A stretch of DNA of 64,000 nt, from positions 25,541,648-25,605,647 of the forward strand of contig NC_092673.1 of assembly GCF_964355755.1 (NCBI RefSeq). The letters are read 5' to 3'. Of this stretch, positions 26,072-37,790 are shown one piece after another. Each line of letters opens with the position of its first letter. Within the stretch, counting starts at the first letter, position 1. A model generated the notes under the pieces. The model did not search any database, was not told the DNA's origin, and saw only the letters and a program-made list of their open reading frames with translations. The translations under genes and the position numbers were made by a program. This DNA is from Antedon mediterranea (lineage: Eukaryota > Animalia > Echinodermata).

Positions 26072-26351
26072 TTAGTGTTGTGTCCTAGTGGGAAACAAGA
26101 TTAACCAATAAAGTAATATTCACCTAACAAATTACAGTCGGTCCGAGAAGGGAAAGTGACTCCTGATCCCGAACATGCTGTTGAAACCCAAATGCATGAG
26201 ATCGAGAACTCCCGTACGACTCAGAAGTTGTAAGTTAAATTGCTCTGCAATCTCTTCGAATAATTCTCTTCAAACATACTTGTCGAACACAGTTTGTAGA
26301 ATGGTTTGTTTATAATTGGTGATAATTTGCGATTGCAATTTATTCACTTAC

Positions 26352-26404
26352 CTTTTTGACCTCAACGTGTCTTTTTTTATGACTGTTTTAGCTTCGTTTC
26401 GTAC
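26352..26404 (-). other. Candidate 53-nt 5' UTR exon
   Basis: ttgatttgttttatAG|gtacga...caaaaag|GTAAGT; strong acceptor and donor on the receptor strand. Confidence 0.5.
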
Positions 26405-27959
26405 CTATAAAACAAATCAATTCCAATAATATTATATAATTGCTTACCGACAGATTTTATTTGTTAAAGAAAACGTGCTGTATATTTTAAAATAAACTCA
26501 ACATGACTCATGAGGTCTGGTAAAGGTAAAGAAACATCGTGTTCATACATATGCATGCACATTGGGAAGATAAAGCCTGCTTTGTATACTCAAAATAGGT
26601 ACTAAAAGGTTCCTGCTTCAAAAATATACCATGATAAAAAAAGAATTAAAATATTTTGGCAGAAGCAATGGTGCTAATAAAAGTATTTATATTTCCACAA
26701 TATTTTACGAGGGTAGTCCATCCGGCGGCCGAAGCTGATAAATCGTCACAGAAATATAATGATTACAAGACATACAAATGTAACAATTAAAATAAATAAT
26801 AATAATTTATAAAGATACACAAAATAACATAATGCACAAGATAATTAGAATCAAAAGGGAAATAAAAAAAAATTCAATTTAATGTATATATTATATGTAC
26901 TGTAGACTGTGTTAAAAAAGATACATTTTAGCATTGGCGCTGTATACGTATAATACGTATATAGATAATACTTAGACTGGTGGATTAAAATTAAAAGGAC
27001 AAATTAAGTACAGACTTGGGGCAAGTCTACTAAAAGTATAACGTTTTGTGGATTTGATATGGTATTTGACAAACGTACTTTTCATGCTCAGAAAGCACAT
27101 AGTTGCCTTCGGCGTCTTTAAATACTTTAAAAGCCTAAACAATCGTTCCTAGACTGTTGTTGAGTTGAGATAAGATGATTTTCGTGACGACTATATATAT
27201 TTCATTGCGACAAGACCTAACTCGGTATACGTGACTCCGAAATTAGTAACATATATGATTTGTCTTTTATTTATCATTACAGATTAACATACTAAATTCA
27301 TTTTTCCCTGATCAATCGGTATAATATAATATTTTGCTCAAAGGCCTCTGAATTTAAGGTCCTTATGCAAAAATTAAGGTCTAAAAATCTAATCCTTCTT
27401 CATCTTTCGTAATAATAATTTGTTCTTGTATGCCATGTCAAACTTATTAGCAAAATGTCTCAATCATAATTATACAAAAAAATATATTCAAATATTTTTT
27501 ATTAGACGGAATTATGCGTCGTGATTGAAATTGTCATAAATTTGATATCAGTTAAAAAATCCTATTAATTTTTTTGATTCGTTTTGTATTCACCATCATT
27601 GTCGTGTATTGTTCGTTCTTTGATACGTCTGTGAAAATTATATTTAGCAATATGTCATGAATAGAAACATCTGAAACGATATTCGAATGACAAATGTGTT
27701 TAAATTCCAACACATGAACAATACACATTTACACGGATTTTAGACAGCACGTAACGTAAAGTCGTAATACATATAGAAAAAAAAGAAGCTTTATCAGATT
27801 CTTTGTGTATTCTTACTAAGTTTTGGGTGTTATAATTACTTATTAAACTGATATTAAAACACGTATAATTACTAAAATGTTTTATAAATGTGTTGTGTTC
27901 TTTGTTCACCCATGATCTCCTAATACCAGTAGTAGGCTTACTCGCAATCTTAAGACTAT

Positions 27960-28165
27960 GGTTCTGGTGTCTTCTCGGATAAAGACTAGGTCCAGTGTAG
28001 GGGCTACACATCTAGCTTATGTGCGCCTTAAAGAACCTAGTAAATATTTCGAGACGAGAGGGTTACCCCGGTGTACTAGTACACACACACAGCCACTTTT
28101 CATAACTGGGCCTTCTGTGTAACCAGTCTTTGACTGAGGAGATTACCCAGTATGATTAAATAACA
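27960..28165 (+). mobile_element. SINE with Nin-like central domain, headless or decayed
   Basis: gtcttctcggataaagact...aaagaacc...ttcgagacgagagggttaccccggtgtactag is the reverse complement of the core at ~7580-7675 and ~49080-49172. Confidence 0.6.
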
Positions 28166-29310
28166 TTAAAATTCAAATTCATTCAGCATTCTGTCTGTCT
28201 AGGTCCAACCAAATGCACAGCTCTCTGACGTACCCGTCATATTGACACAAATTATACCTGAAGTAATTGACATTCAATATATAAAAAAGTAATCCAATAA
28301 TATTTTAATCTGAAATAAATCATTTATACATCATAGCTACACAATACTAACCAGAGGGTATGAATACTTTTCCTTGAAAATATCGTCACGTTTTAGAAGA
28401 AGAGCAACAGCAATATCGTCAACAGAAAAGAATATAGGCCTATGTTGTTATAATCCAGAACATGCGTACTCAAATAATTTTGTTCTCATTCAGTGTCACA
28501 ACTAATATAATTATTTTCTGATGAAAGGATAAGTGTGTTTTAATCGGTGGCTTATCGACAATAAAGACATACGACTCCAAGCAATTTAAATCGAGTCGAA
28601 CAGCAAATATTTCTTAAATTACAACTGTCAATATGCACCTGCTATTAGTGAATATTACCAGGTTACACCGTAGGTGTTGATGATAATTGAGACGAGACTG
28701 CACGAAACAGAGAATAATTAATGTTGAATATGGGCTAAATTCGACCTCTGACACACAAACAAAATCAAAAGTATAGTATTAAATTGAAATATGAACAATG
28801 TGGTTTACATTTTACTGTAAAATCGAAGAAAATAGTGTCGTTCAATAGAGAAAAAAAATGCAGAGAGATGGACAGATTAAAGAGATCTCGTCTGCTAGTG
28901 TGCCGTCTGATAAATGTGGCGCCAAAAGACAATTATGATGTTGTCATTTTATATAAAAAATATACATATCATAATGGACTGCTTACAAAGTGAGAGTATA
29001 ATTAGGAATGGGGAAGAATGTAAGTGTAGAACCTGCCTTAAATACGAAGAAGAAGATCTAGACAGTCTAAAGAATACGCAGGGAATTAAGATGTCACAGT
29101 AATGATGTGTTTTTCCACGTCCACCGGTGGTTTTTCAGTAGCGTAAAAACTTCAATGGTTAAATAAACAATACAAACAAGTTATATTGCTTAAAATCAAG
29201 GAAAGCCACAATGGTCTGAGGAACAATACTTAAGCTTGGTTTCCACTAGTGACGCAACGTAGCGCAACCTACGCAACGTAAGGAAATGCCCATTGTGTTT
29301 TCCCCCGCCG

Positions 29311-30689
29311 GCGATATTTCTTTTCGTACATAAGTTGGGGACCCCCCGTGAAACGTCACAACATATACATGAATATTCATTAGTCATATCCATAAGGTGT
29401 GACGTAAGAATTAAGCTAACTACAATTCGCTAATGCAAACGATTTCTGTCGAGCCGTCTGTGTAGTCGAGTGCAGGCCCGTAGCCAGGGGGGGTTTTTAT
29501 GGTTCGGGCGAACCCCCCCTTTACAGCGAACCCCCCTTAACCGACTGCGAACCCCCATCCCCGACATGCCCAATACCTCACCCTCATCTCCAAAAATCCT
29601 CCAAATACGTGCCCCACAGTACAAAAAGTTGTTTGTAAATTGAAAAATTCGTAAACTTGTTCGTGAACCTTCTTCTCTGTATGAGCGTCAACTAGCGATA
29701 CGTGTCTGTAAATTTCTAAAAGCTGCAAATGAATTGCCGATTTTAACCTGAAAAATAAATGTTTGGTCCCTGCATGTAACATGATATTGACGCGTCTCAT
29801 AGCGAACTGGGGCACGAACGATTCGTACAAAGGACACCGCCAGATCACTGGCAGTCAGGCAGCATGCATAAAGTATATAGCCTTCCGACGTACATCAGTA
29901 TTTATGTGTGATTATGAAGTATAATGTATCATAGAGGATTATAGTGAATATTAATATTTTACACTATAATATCTATGGTATCAAGTACTGTAGTTCACAT
30001 TATGGCATCCGATTATTTTTTTCTAGACCACCAGCCGATACGTACTAAAATGTATCAATATCACCTATTTAAATATTTATATTCCTCAACAAATTGCTGT
30101 AAATAAATATTATAGATAGAGCTAGCAAATAGCATTTGCCTTCAACCAGTGTGCTTTTTTCGGGGCTGCTCCTAGATGTACGTTCGCATTGAACTTGAAC
30201 GCAAAACAAAATACGGAGTAAATGATCAAACAATCGGCGGTTCCGCACAGAGCACGCGCATCTAACATACGGCAACAAATAGTTTTTGTCCTTTAAATTA
30301 TCGACGTGTTTGAGAAGGAGGAAAAAAGTACGATCTTTTTGCTCATTGGTAGCATGCTGCACGAGAGTGTCTTTTCCGGCCATCTAGGGGTGTCATTTAA
30401 CAAAATTCGCTTCGCATCAGGCCCCACCCCCAGGGGGGGGGGGGGGGGGGTTGACCCAAATATTTAGTGTCCGAACCCCCCCTTGACAGATCCTGGCTAC
30501 GGCCCTGGAGTGGATATTAAGACTATGGACTTTACATGTCGATGTATGGGGTTCGATTCCCATGAGCTACTTCTTTTACTTTATAGTGAGAGAGAGATTA
30601 TTAAGAGGGTTAGGTTTAGTTATATTTAGGAAATAGTTCGGCTATCCTTCACATGGGGTCCCCAACTTATGTACGAAAAAAAAAATGGC
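29311..30689. mobile_element. Non-autonomous DNA transposon with ~40-bp TIRs and 9-bp TSD (Mutator-like)
   Basis: TIRs GCGATATTTCTTTTCGTACATAAGTTGGGGACCCC / GGGGTCCCCAACTTATGTACGAAAAAAAAAATGGC. CCCCCGCCG is duplicated at 29302-29310 and 30690-30698; a 7-bp reading is also possible. Confidence 0.75.
29473..30507. mobile_element. hAT-like non-autonomous element nested in the Mutator-like element
   Basis: TIRs CAGGCCCGTAGCCAGG / CCTGGCTACGGCCCTG, with GAGTG on both sides. The minus-strand FAMRRV...RL...HLQLL weakly resembles a decayed hAT C-terminal dimerisation domain. Confidence 0.7.
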
Positions 30690-32897
30690 CCCCCGCCGGC
30701 GTGAAAACAAACCTGCGTCGTCGGTTCCCACTTGTGATTTACGCAATACAGCATTTTGCGTCAATACGTCGTAGCGTTGCGTTACGTTGCGTCGCTAGTG
30801 GGAACCACTTTTGGATCATATTATTAGAAAAGCTATGCTACTCTCTATCCTGCTCAATGGAACGTCAGATCCGTAAAGAGAATGGAAGTAAATGAAGTAG
30901 GATCCACGGTTGACAGCCACCGTGTGTTCGCCTCTCGAACATGACACACGTATGGAACGCTTTAAGGGAAATAATCGCTTTTGTGTAAGCATATTTCAGT
31001 AAGAATTGTAAGTTTAACATATATTGAACCATTCAATAATGATGTATGATTTTACAGAAACAGTATTTGAACAAATAAAAAATATAAATGTAATCAAAAT
31101 CGCGCTATTAAACTATGCCTTTCTTTTGGTAAAAATATAATTATATTTAATCTAGAATCATATTTCAAAAATCGTTATAGAATATAATAATATGAAGCTC
31201 TTTGGTCATTAGACCATGGAGACGATCAGACAACATTACAAAATAATGGTTTAATACTGAAACTCGAAACACATTTCACGTTATTAACATCGGTTCTTTC
31301 ACAAAATGATACTACAGTGAATACGATTTATCATTAAAAAAACTCACAGGGACACTCACGTTATGATAACCGATCCATGTCTGCAATATCTAGCAGTCAT
31401 CTTCAACGGTTATTTTTTTATATATGATAAAATACAAAGCGACCGCTTGCAATACTTTCCAACAAAATGAAAGCAGAGCCGCGTCTATGTGTCTCTCATT
31501 AATGAAACTTTGTTTCCCACAAGAGGGACGGACGAACGATTTATATATAGATTAATTTTTATAACAATAAGAAGTTTACATGAACTATTAAAGTATACAG
31601 GAACAATAAACTACATAACAATGTGTAGTATTAGTTTCACTCTTTCATTCTAAATGAATAATAATAATAATATGCATAAAATGCCAGAAAAACCGTTGCA
31701 ATTAATAAAGTTACCTTGAAAAAAAAAGTTTTTATGGTTATTTTGTATGCATAATTATAACACTATGTAAAGGGTTATTAAAAAATAAAAAGATTTCGGG
31801 TTATGTTACAATGATAGTAGTATCAACATCTGTTCTTAATATGTTAAATAGTAGTTCCTGTATCGTAAAGTGTGCTTTTTATATTTTTAGATACACTAAA
31901 CCTTTTGCACTCGTACATAAGGTTGTAAAACAAACCAACAAATCACATTTTACAGCATGCTACAGGCGGCATAATCCTACGTGAATTACGTGCAATTGTT
32001 GCCGCAGAATAATCTAGTATACTTCTTTCTGATTCACCGAATACAGTTTTCTATTGAGCTCCACATTTGTAAACGTATGCTATACACAGTAAAACTCCTC
32101 TCGGCGAGACCCAACAAAATGTCTCCTTATCTCCCTTCCTTTCGTTCACTTCATGAGACAGTTCACCCTTAATAATGTCACGAAGGTGGGGTTCTGATGT
32201 ATACAATAGTTTGATAAAAAACAGTTAGGATGTGCCCAAATATGGTAGTGATATGACGTCATCGTGTGTCCATAAAATGAGCACATCGCATTTTGTTGTC
32301 ACATAAATGTTGAAACTGTAGACATATCTTTAGTCTTAGGACTTCAAACGGATTCAAACATTATACGTCTATAATAAGCCTATACATAACAGAGAAGGCC
32401 TACTGCAGGGAATGCGTAGTTCGGAATAATAAAGATATTGTTTTATATTTCAAAGTACAGAGTAGGGTCTACTTTATTTTAATGACAAGCAAGATTAGCA
32501 ATTGTATTATATTAAGTATATATATATATATTCAAAATTAAGTAGTGTCAATGGAAATGTTTTTACTAGTAATTTTTAAGATTATCCTGAAATTATGAAA
32601 ATACTGTAGCCTACTGCTAGCCCGGGAAAGTGGGATTAGCATTTTAACAACCATGTTCTACAATTTAATAATATGCGAATTCATCATTCACTTCAAAATA
32701 TTTCATTTACAAATCAGAAACATTTGGAGATTACACTCTCACTTATTCTTCCCTGTTTTAACTAACCCAGTGACAGCCAAATAAAATAATATTGTCTGAT
32801 ATTGTTTCCATATTTTTTTTCAATTATTACCAATATCACTTTGTAATGGAAAATTTGCAGACGTGATGGCGCGTCGTGAAACAAAAATTCATCTTAC

Positions 32898-32950
32898 CTT
32901 GCGGGTTCGACATCATAAGTTCAGTTAATAAAGGTCGTATATGTTAACTG
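32898..32950 (-). other. Weak candidate 5' UTR exon
   Basis: Donor caag|GTAAGA; acceptor atctgtatgtatgTAG-CAG (NAGNAG) with a poor pyrimidine tract. Confidence 0.25.
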
Positions 32951-33478
32951 CTACATACATACAGATATTAAACATTTTCGTATGTTAACTGATTATGTGT
33001 GCTGGTAAACTACAGACACATGATATTTTTTCGAGCATACACTAATTGTAAATTTTAATTTTCTCTCAAAACTGGTGAATGTATTGCTATATTATTTTGT
33101 TTTTATTTGTGATGTTTGTTACAGATATTCGAACTATGTGACATTTTTTTCATTGTAAATCAGAAATTATAGTTAAAAATTGCATATAGGCCTAATTGCC
33201 CTATTTGTGAACGTTAGTAGTACGCGTAGGTATGTCATAATTGCTACAAAAATAAATGAATATGAAACGAAGAAGACAAACGAAAAAATCACCTCAACTC
33301 ATATAACAATTTGGTATTTTACAGAATATATTATTATGCTTGGTTCACGATAAGCCTGGTTTTGTGGAATTAGGTAGTGTTTATTCCACATTCCGTACAA
33401 AACGTAGGCGTAGGTTCGAAAACGTAACGTATTATTTAAACATCGGACCAAATCTGGGCTCAAAACATACGTGTGTAA

Positions 33479-33658
33479 AGCTTGATTCCACTAGAACGTA
33501 ACGCAAGGACGTAAACGCAACGCAAGCGTTTTAACCAATGACAAGCGAAGTTATAGACAGTTAGCAATCACAAGCGAATAAGCTTCGCTTGTGATTGGTC
33601 AATTCACTTGCGTTGCGTTACGTCCTTGCGTTGCGTCACTATAAGTGGGAACCACGCT
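33479..33658. mobile_element. Family A MITE
   Basis: TAA|AGCTTGATTCCACTAG...GTGGGAACCACGCT|TAA, a perfect 3-bp TSD. Confidence 0.9.
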
Positions 33659-34611
33659 TAATCGAAGAACGTAATAACGTAACCTACTTTTTTTCCCGGC
33701 CACTCGGACCAAATCTGGACTCAATGAGCACGTATCTTCGGTTATAGGCCTACATAAGTTACTATAATTTAATTATTTTTAACTCAGGTAGGCCTAATAT
33801 CGAGAAATAGCATCACGTATAATATATATTTACAAGATCAATGTGTCAGTTTCCTGACCTACTTATTTTAATGAATACATACATTTAACAATAGGTTTAG
33901 GTCCCAGGGGCATAATCATCAACTCAATGAATCAATCCAATTGCAATATCAAAAATAATTTTCAATCTGATTTGTACAATAAATATTAATGTCATGTGTG
34001 TTGTTGATATTAATGGATCTATGTAATTATAAGTTTGCATAATTTAGAGATAGCCGAACACAATACAAACATTTTATATAGAAATAACCATCCTAGATAC
34101 CTATCCTATCTACCTCAGATGTTTCGCTAAACTTAAGATTCAACATTGTTTAACTATACGATATTGTTCCATACTTGAACGACAAAATAAGGGTCTTGAG
34201 GATCACCGCCGTTTATATGGATATGTACATCCCCACAACCAGCTCTCCTGCCACTCTTGAACACTGAACACTCAACTCGAACGCACGTAAATTCATATAG
34301 AAAAGCATGCCTCAGTAGTACAAATTGAAAAGTGACTATTATGTAACTACTAAGAATAAGAGATTTTCTAATAATGTACTAATAGCGTACATGATTAGTT
34401 GTTAGGTCAACAATTGATAGCGGCTAACCTGTTATTAATAAAATATCTGAAAATATGACGTATCCACGTTTCCAATCGATTTAAACATATCGGATTTAGG
34501 AACTTGTAATAAGGGATTTAAATTAAGCCACGCTTACTTTAGAACGATTAAGTGGATTTCACAAATCATGCCAAAAAATGTAGAATCATTTCAGTTACAC
34601 AATAACATACT

Positions 34612-34759
34612 CAGTCGAGCCCTTATTGATGAAATCCTTTCAGGGCCCAACAAGTGTCCCTTTAATAGAAGTGTTCCTTAAATAGGTATTGCCTGCAGTA
34701 GTGACCCCTTGTTCGTTTCACGAGAAAGTGTCTTTCCATGGGAGGCCGGTGTTCTACTG
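34612..34759. mobile_element. Old Tc1/pogo-like MITE (CAGT...ACTG ends)
   Basis: cagtcgagccc ... gttctactg with gtgtccctttaatag motifs. Related fragments near 4010-4075, 41310-41401, 41775-42065, 56165-56330 and 57010-57183. Confidence 0.45.
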
Positions 34760-34899
34760 TTTCTAAACTTTCTTTACATAGGCCCTATCAAATCTAAATA
34801 TATCTCTGGACAGCTGTAGAATATGCTTATTAATTAACATTTACTCGTTAAAACGTAACAATTGCATGATTAACGCAAATATGAGATAATAATAATTAT

Positions 34900-35050
34900 T
34901 ATGTACCTTTAAATGTACTTTGTTTGCGATTTTAATTTTTTTTAATTTGTAATTGAATATTAGACGGGCCCTGGGTATCAGCTACCCTGCGAGGAAACTG
35001 TAAGGGTCACCCTTTATAAACATTGTTTAAATAAAAACAGAAAAATAAAA
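34900..35050 (+). mobile_element. LINE 3' tail
   Basis: A T-rich stretch, then a GC-rich stem-loop region (acgggccctgggtatcag...agggtcaccc), AATAAA and an A-rich end. Confidence 0.4.
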
Positions 35051-35814
35051 ACTTTCATTAGAAAGAAAATTTAGAATTTTTTTTGAGAATTGAAAATTAC
35101 AATCTCCATGATCGTTATTTTCAAATCTGAAACGACTCATGTTACTGCTGTCTCCCTGGATGTACTAACAAAAGTAATTATTAATAATATTAGTTTTAAT
35201 ATGTTGCTGACGTGAGTGTTAATACCAAACATGTTTTCAAATTAAATTATCTTATTGAATTGGACATTTGTTAATTGCATTGCATGTGTAACTAACTTGC
35301 ACGTGCCTTACAACGGCAGGATTCTATATGTATGTATATGGATGACTTTGGGGCGGTTCTCTAATTTGAAGCATATCCATATAATAGAGCTTGTGCTTTG
35401 ATTTTTGTTGAAAAACACTTGAATTAATTCACAGAAATATACGCCATATTTAAGGAGAAATCAATCATTCTAATCTAGGTTATAGAATTAAACAAATAGA
35501 ATTATTAATTGATCGAGACTCGTTACTCAGCTCAAGTATTCAAGAACAACAATAGATCACTCACCATGGGTATGTAATCACTTGGGAATTAGGCTAAACC
35601 ACATTCATTCATTGCAATTAAGGAAAGGATGATCTTGGACTTAAAAATCTAATTCATCCATATACTAAGAGCTAAGCTTGATTGATTAAATGTTTAATTG
35701 GGCTATTATTCTTGTCATCATCGACCTTTATCAAATCGGATACAAAACAAAATGGCAAATACAGTAACAGCAAAATCCATATACGATAGGATAGTTACAT
35801 ATAGAACAGCTTTA

Positions 35815-36192
35815 AGCCGATTTTCCATTAGGCGAATTTGTTCGCGCGAATCCAACGTTTCAAAGAGAAAAAAATCGCCTACTCTCTTTCATGCCACTAC
35901 ATATACGAATAGCTGCGACGTTCATGTTCCTCGCGTGGTTTCTGAGCATTTCGATCCGCACGAGTGCTCATGAAAGCGTCATAGCTATTTCCTGAGCTCT
36001 GATTGGTTGCGCAATATTTCGCTTCGCAAAAAGTAGAAACAATTCGAACAAGTAAATTTCGCTGAAGCGAAAAATCTAAGGAACAAGAATTCGTCGCAGA
36101 AGGGAGTATGACAGACATAAACTTGAATACGCATGCGCTTAGCACTACGCTTTCGATTCGCGCGAACAAATTCGCCTAGTGGAAAATCGGCT
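35815..36192. mobile_element. 378-bp MITE with ~37-bp TIRs (Harbinger-like)
   Basis: AGCCGATTTTCCATTAGGCGAATTTGTTCGCGCGAATC ... GATTCGCGCGAACAAATTCGCCTAGTGGAAAATCGGCT; no clean TSD. Confidence 0.85.
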
Positions 36193-36774
36193 AGACGGCC
36201 TCCAGAACAGTCACAGCTCCAAAAGAGATTCACCTTGGATAGAGACCACGCGATAAGCGACCAGTCGACGTAATAAATTAGAATTTTGAAACGTCTGCGT
36301 TAGACGAATTGCGTCTTTTTTTTGCTGCGTGTTCAACGCATCAACGCGATAACATAGGGCTAGCTATTTGTACAATTTAAGACTTTTACCAACATTTATA
36401 AAAAAAAAGGTACTTTAACAAAATTACAGTTACTGATTTGTGTGGTTTATTTATAATATTTTAGGTTATTATTTGGCTGCCATCGCCTAGTTGACCGTTT
36501 AGTATTAAAACTATGTTTAAATCATAATCATTCATCATAGAATAATGAAATGCATTGAATCATAATTCCAAAAATTAATGCACACTTAATATATTAATAT
36601 CAATTTTCAGTCGAACGTTGCAATTGATTAATTTTGCATTGAATAGCCCGAGGATTAACATTTTATTTATCCCTGACGAATGAACACTATTTACTGTACA
36701 TCTACAAATATTACGGTATTTAACTCCTTCTCCTGATATTGCTATTATGGGACTGAACTGATGGTACTGTTATG

Positions 36775-37790
36775 TTACTGCTGCTACTGCACTATATACC
36801 GATTTAGTGCATCCTGTTTCTATTGTTGCTTCTGCTCTTTAGTTCACACTGCTTCTGTTGTTGCTAGCTGCTGCTACAATCGATTTAGTCCATCCTGCTT
36901 CTGTTGCTGCTTCTACCGCTTTAGTTTCAAGTACTTATATTGCTGCTACCTGCTGCTACTACCGATTTAGTCCATCCTGCTTCTGTTGCTGCTACTACCG
37001 ATTTAGTTCACACTACTTCTGTTGCTGCTTCTCTTTAGTTCACATTGCTAATATTGCTGCTACCTGCTGCTACTACCGATTTAGTTCACACTGCTTCTGT
37101 TGCTGCTTCTCCTCTTTAGTGCACACTGCTAATATTGCTGCTACCTGCTGCTACTACCGATTTAGTTCACACTGCTTCTGTTGCTGCTTCTCCTCTTTAG
37201 TGCACACTGCTAATATTGCTGCTACCTACTGCTACTACCGATTTAGCTCACACTGCTTCTGTTGCTGCTTCTCCTCTTAAGTTCACACTGCTTCTATTGT
37301 TGCTACCTGCTGCTACTACCGATTTAGTTCACACTGCTTCTATTGCTGCTCCCTGCTGCTCTACAATCGATTTAGTCCATCCTGCTTCTGTTGCTGCTTC
37401 TACCGCTTTAGTTTCAAGTGCTTATATTGCTGCTACCTGCTGCTACTACCGATTTAGTCAATCCTGCTTCTATTGCTGCCTCTACGGATTTAGTCAATCT
37501 TGCTTCTGTTGCTGCTATCTGCTGCTTCTACCGATTTAGTCCATCCTTGCTGCTGTTGCTGCTTCTACCACTTTAGTTTCAAGTGCTTATATTGTTGCTA
37601 CCTGCTGCTTTTACCGATTTAGTTCACACTGCTTCTGTTGCTGCTACATGCTGCTTCTACCGATTTAGTCAATCCTGCTTCTGTTGCTGCTTCTCTGCTT
37701 TAGTTCCCAGTGCTTCTATTGCTGCTGCCTTATAAGATTTAGTCCATCCTGCTTCTGTTGGTGCTTCTATCGCTTTAGTTCCCTTCTGTT
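36775..37790. repeat. (CTG/CTA)-rich minisatellite with ~38-42 bp subunits
   Basis: Recurrent ctgctgctactaccgatttagttcacactgcttctgttg and variants. Confidence 0.95.

Larger units (their letters stand above)
29233..30810. mobile_element. MITE family B host carrying a 1.38-kb nested insertion
   Basis: The left part (29233-29310) and right part (30699-30810) join into a family B copy. Confidence 0.8.
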
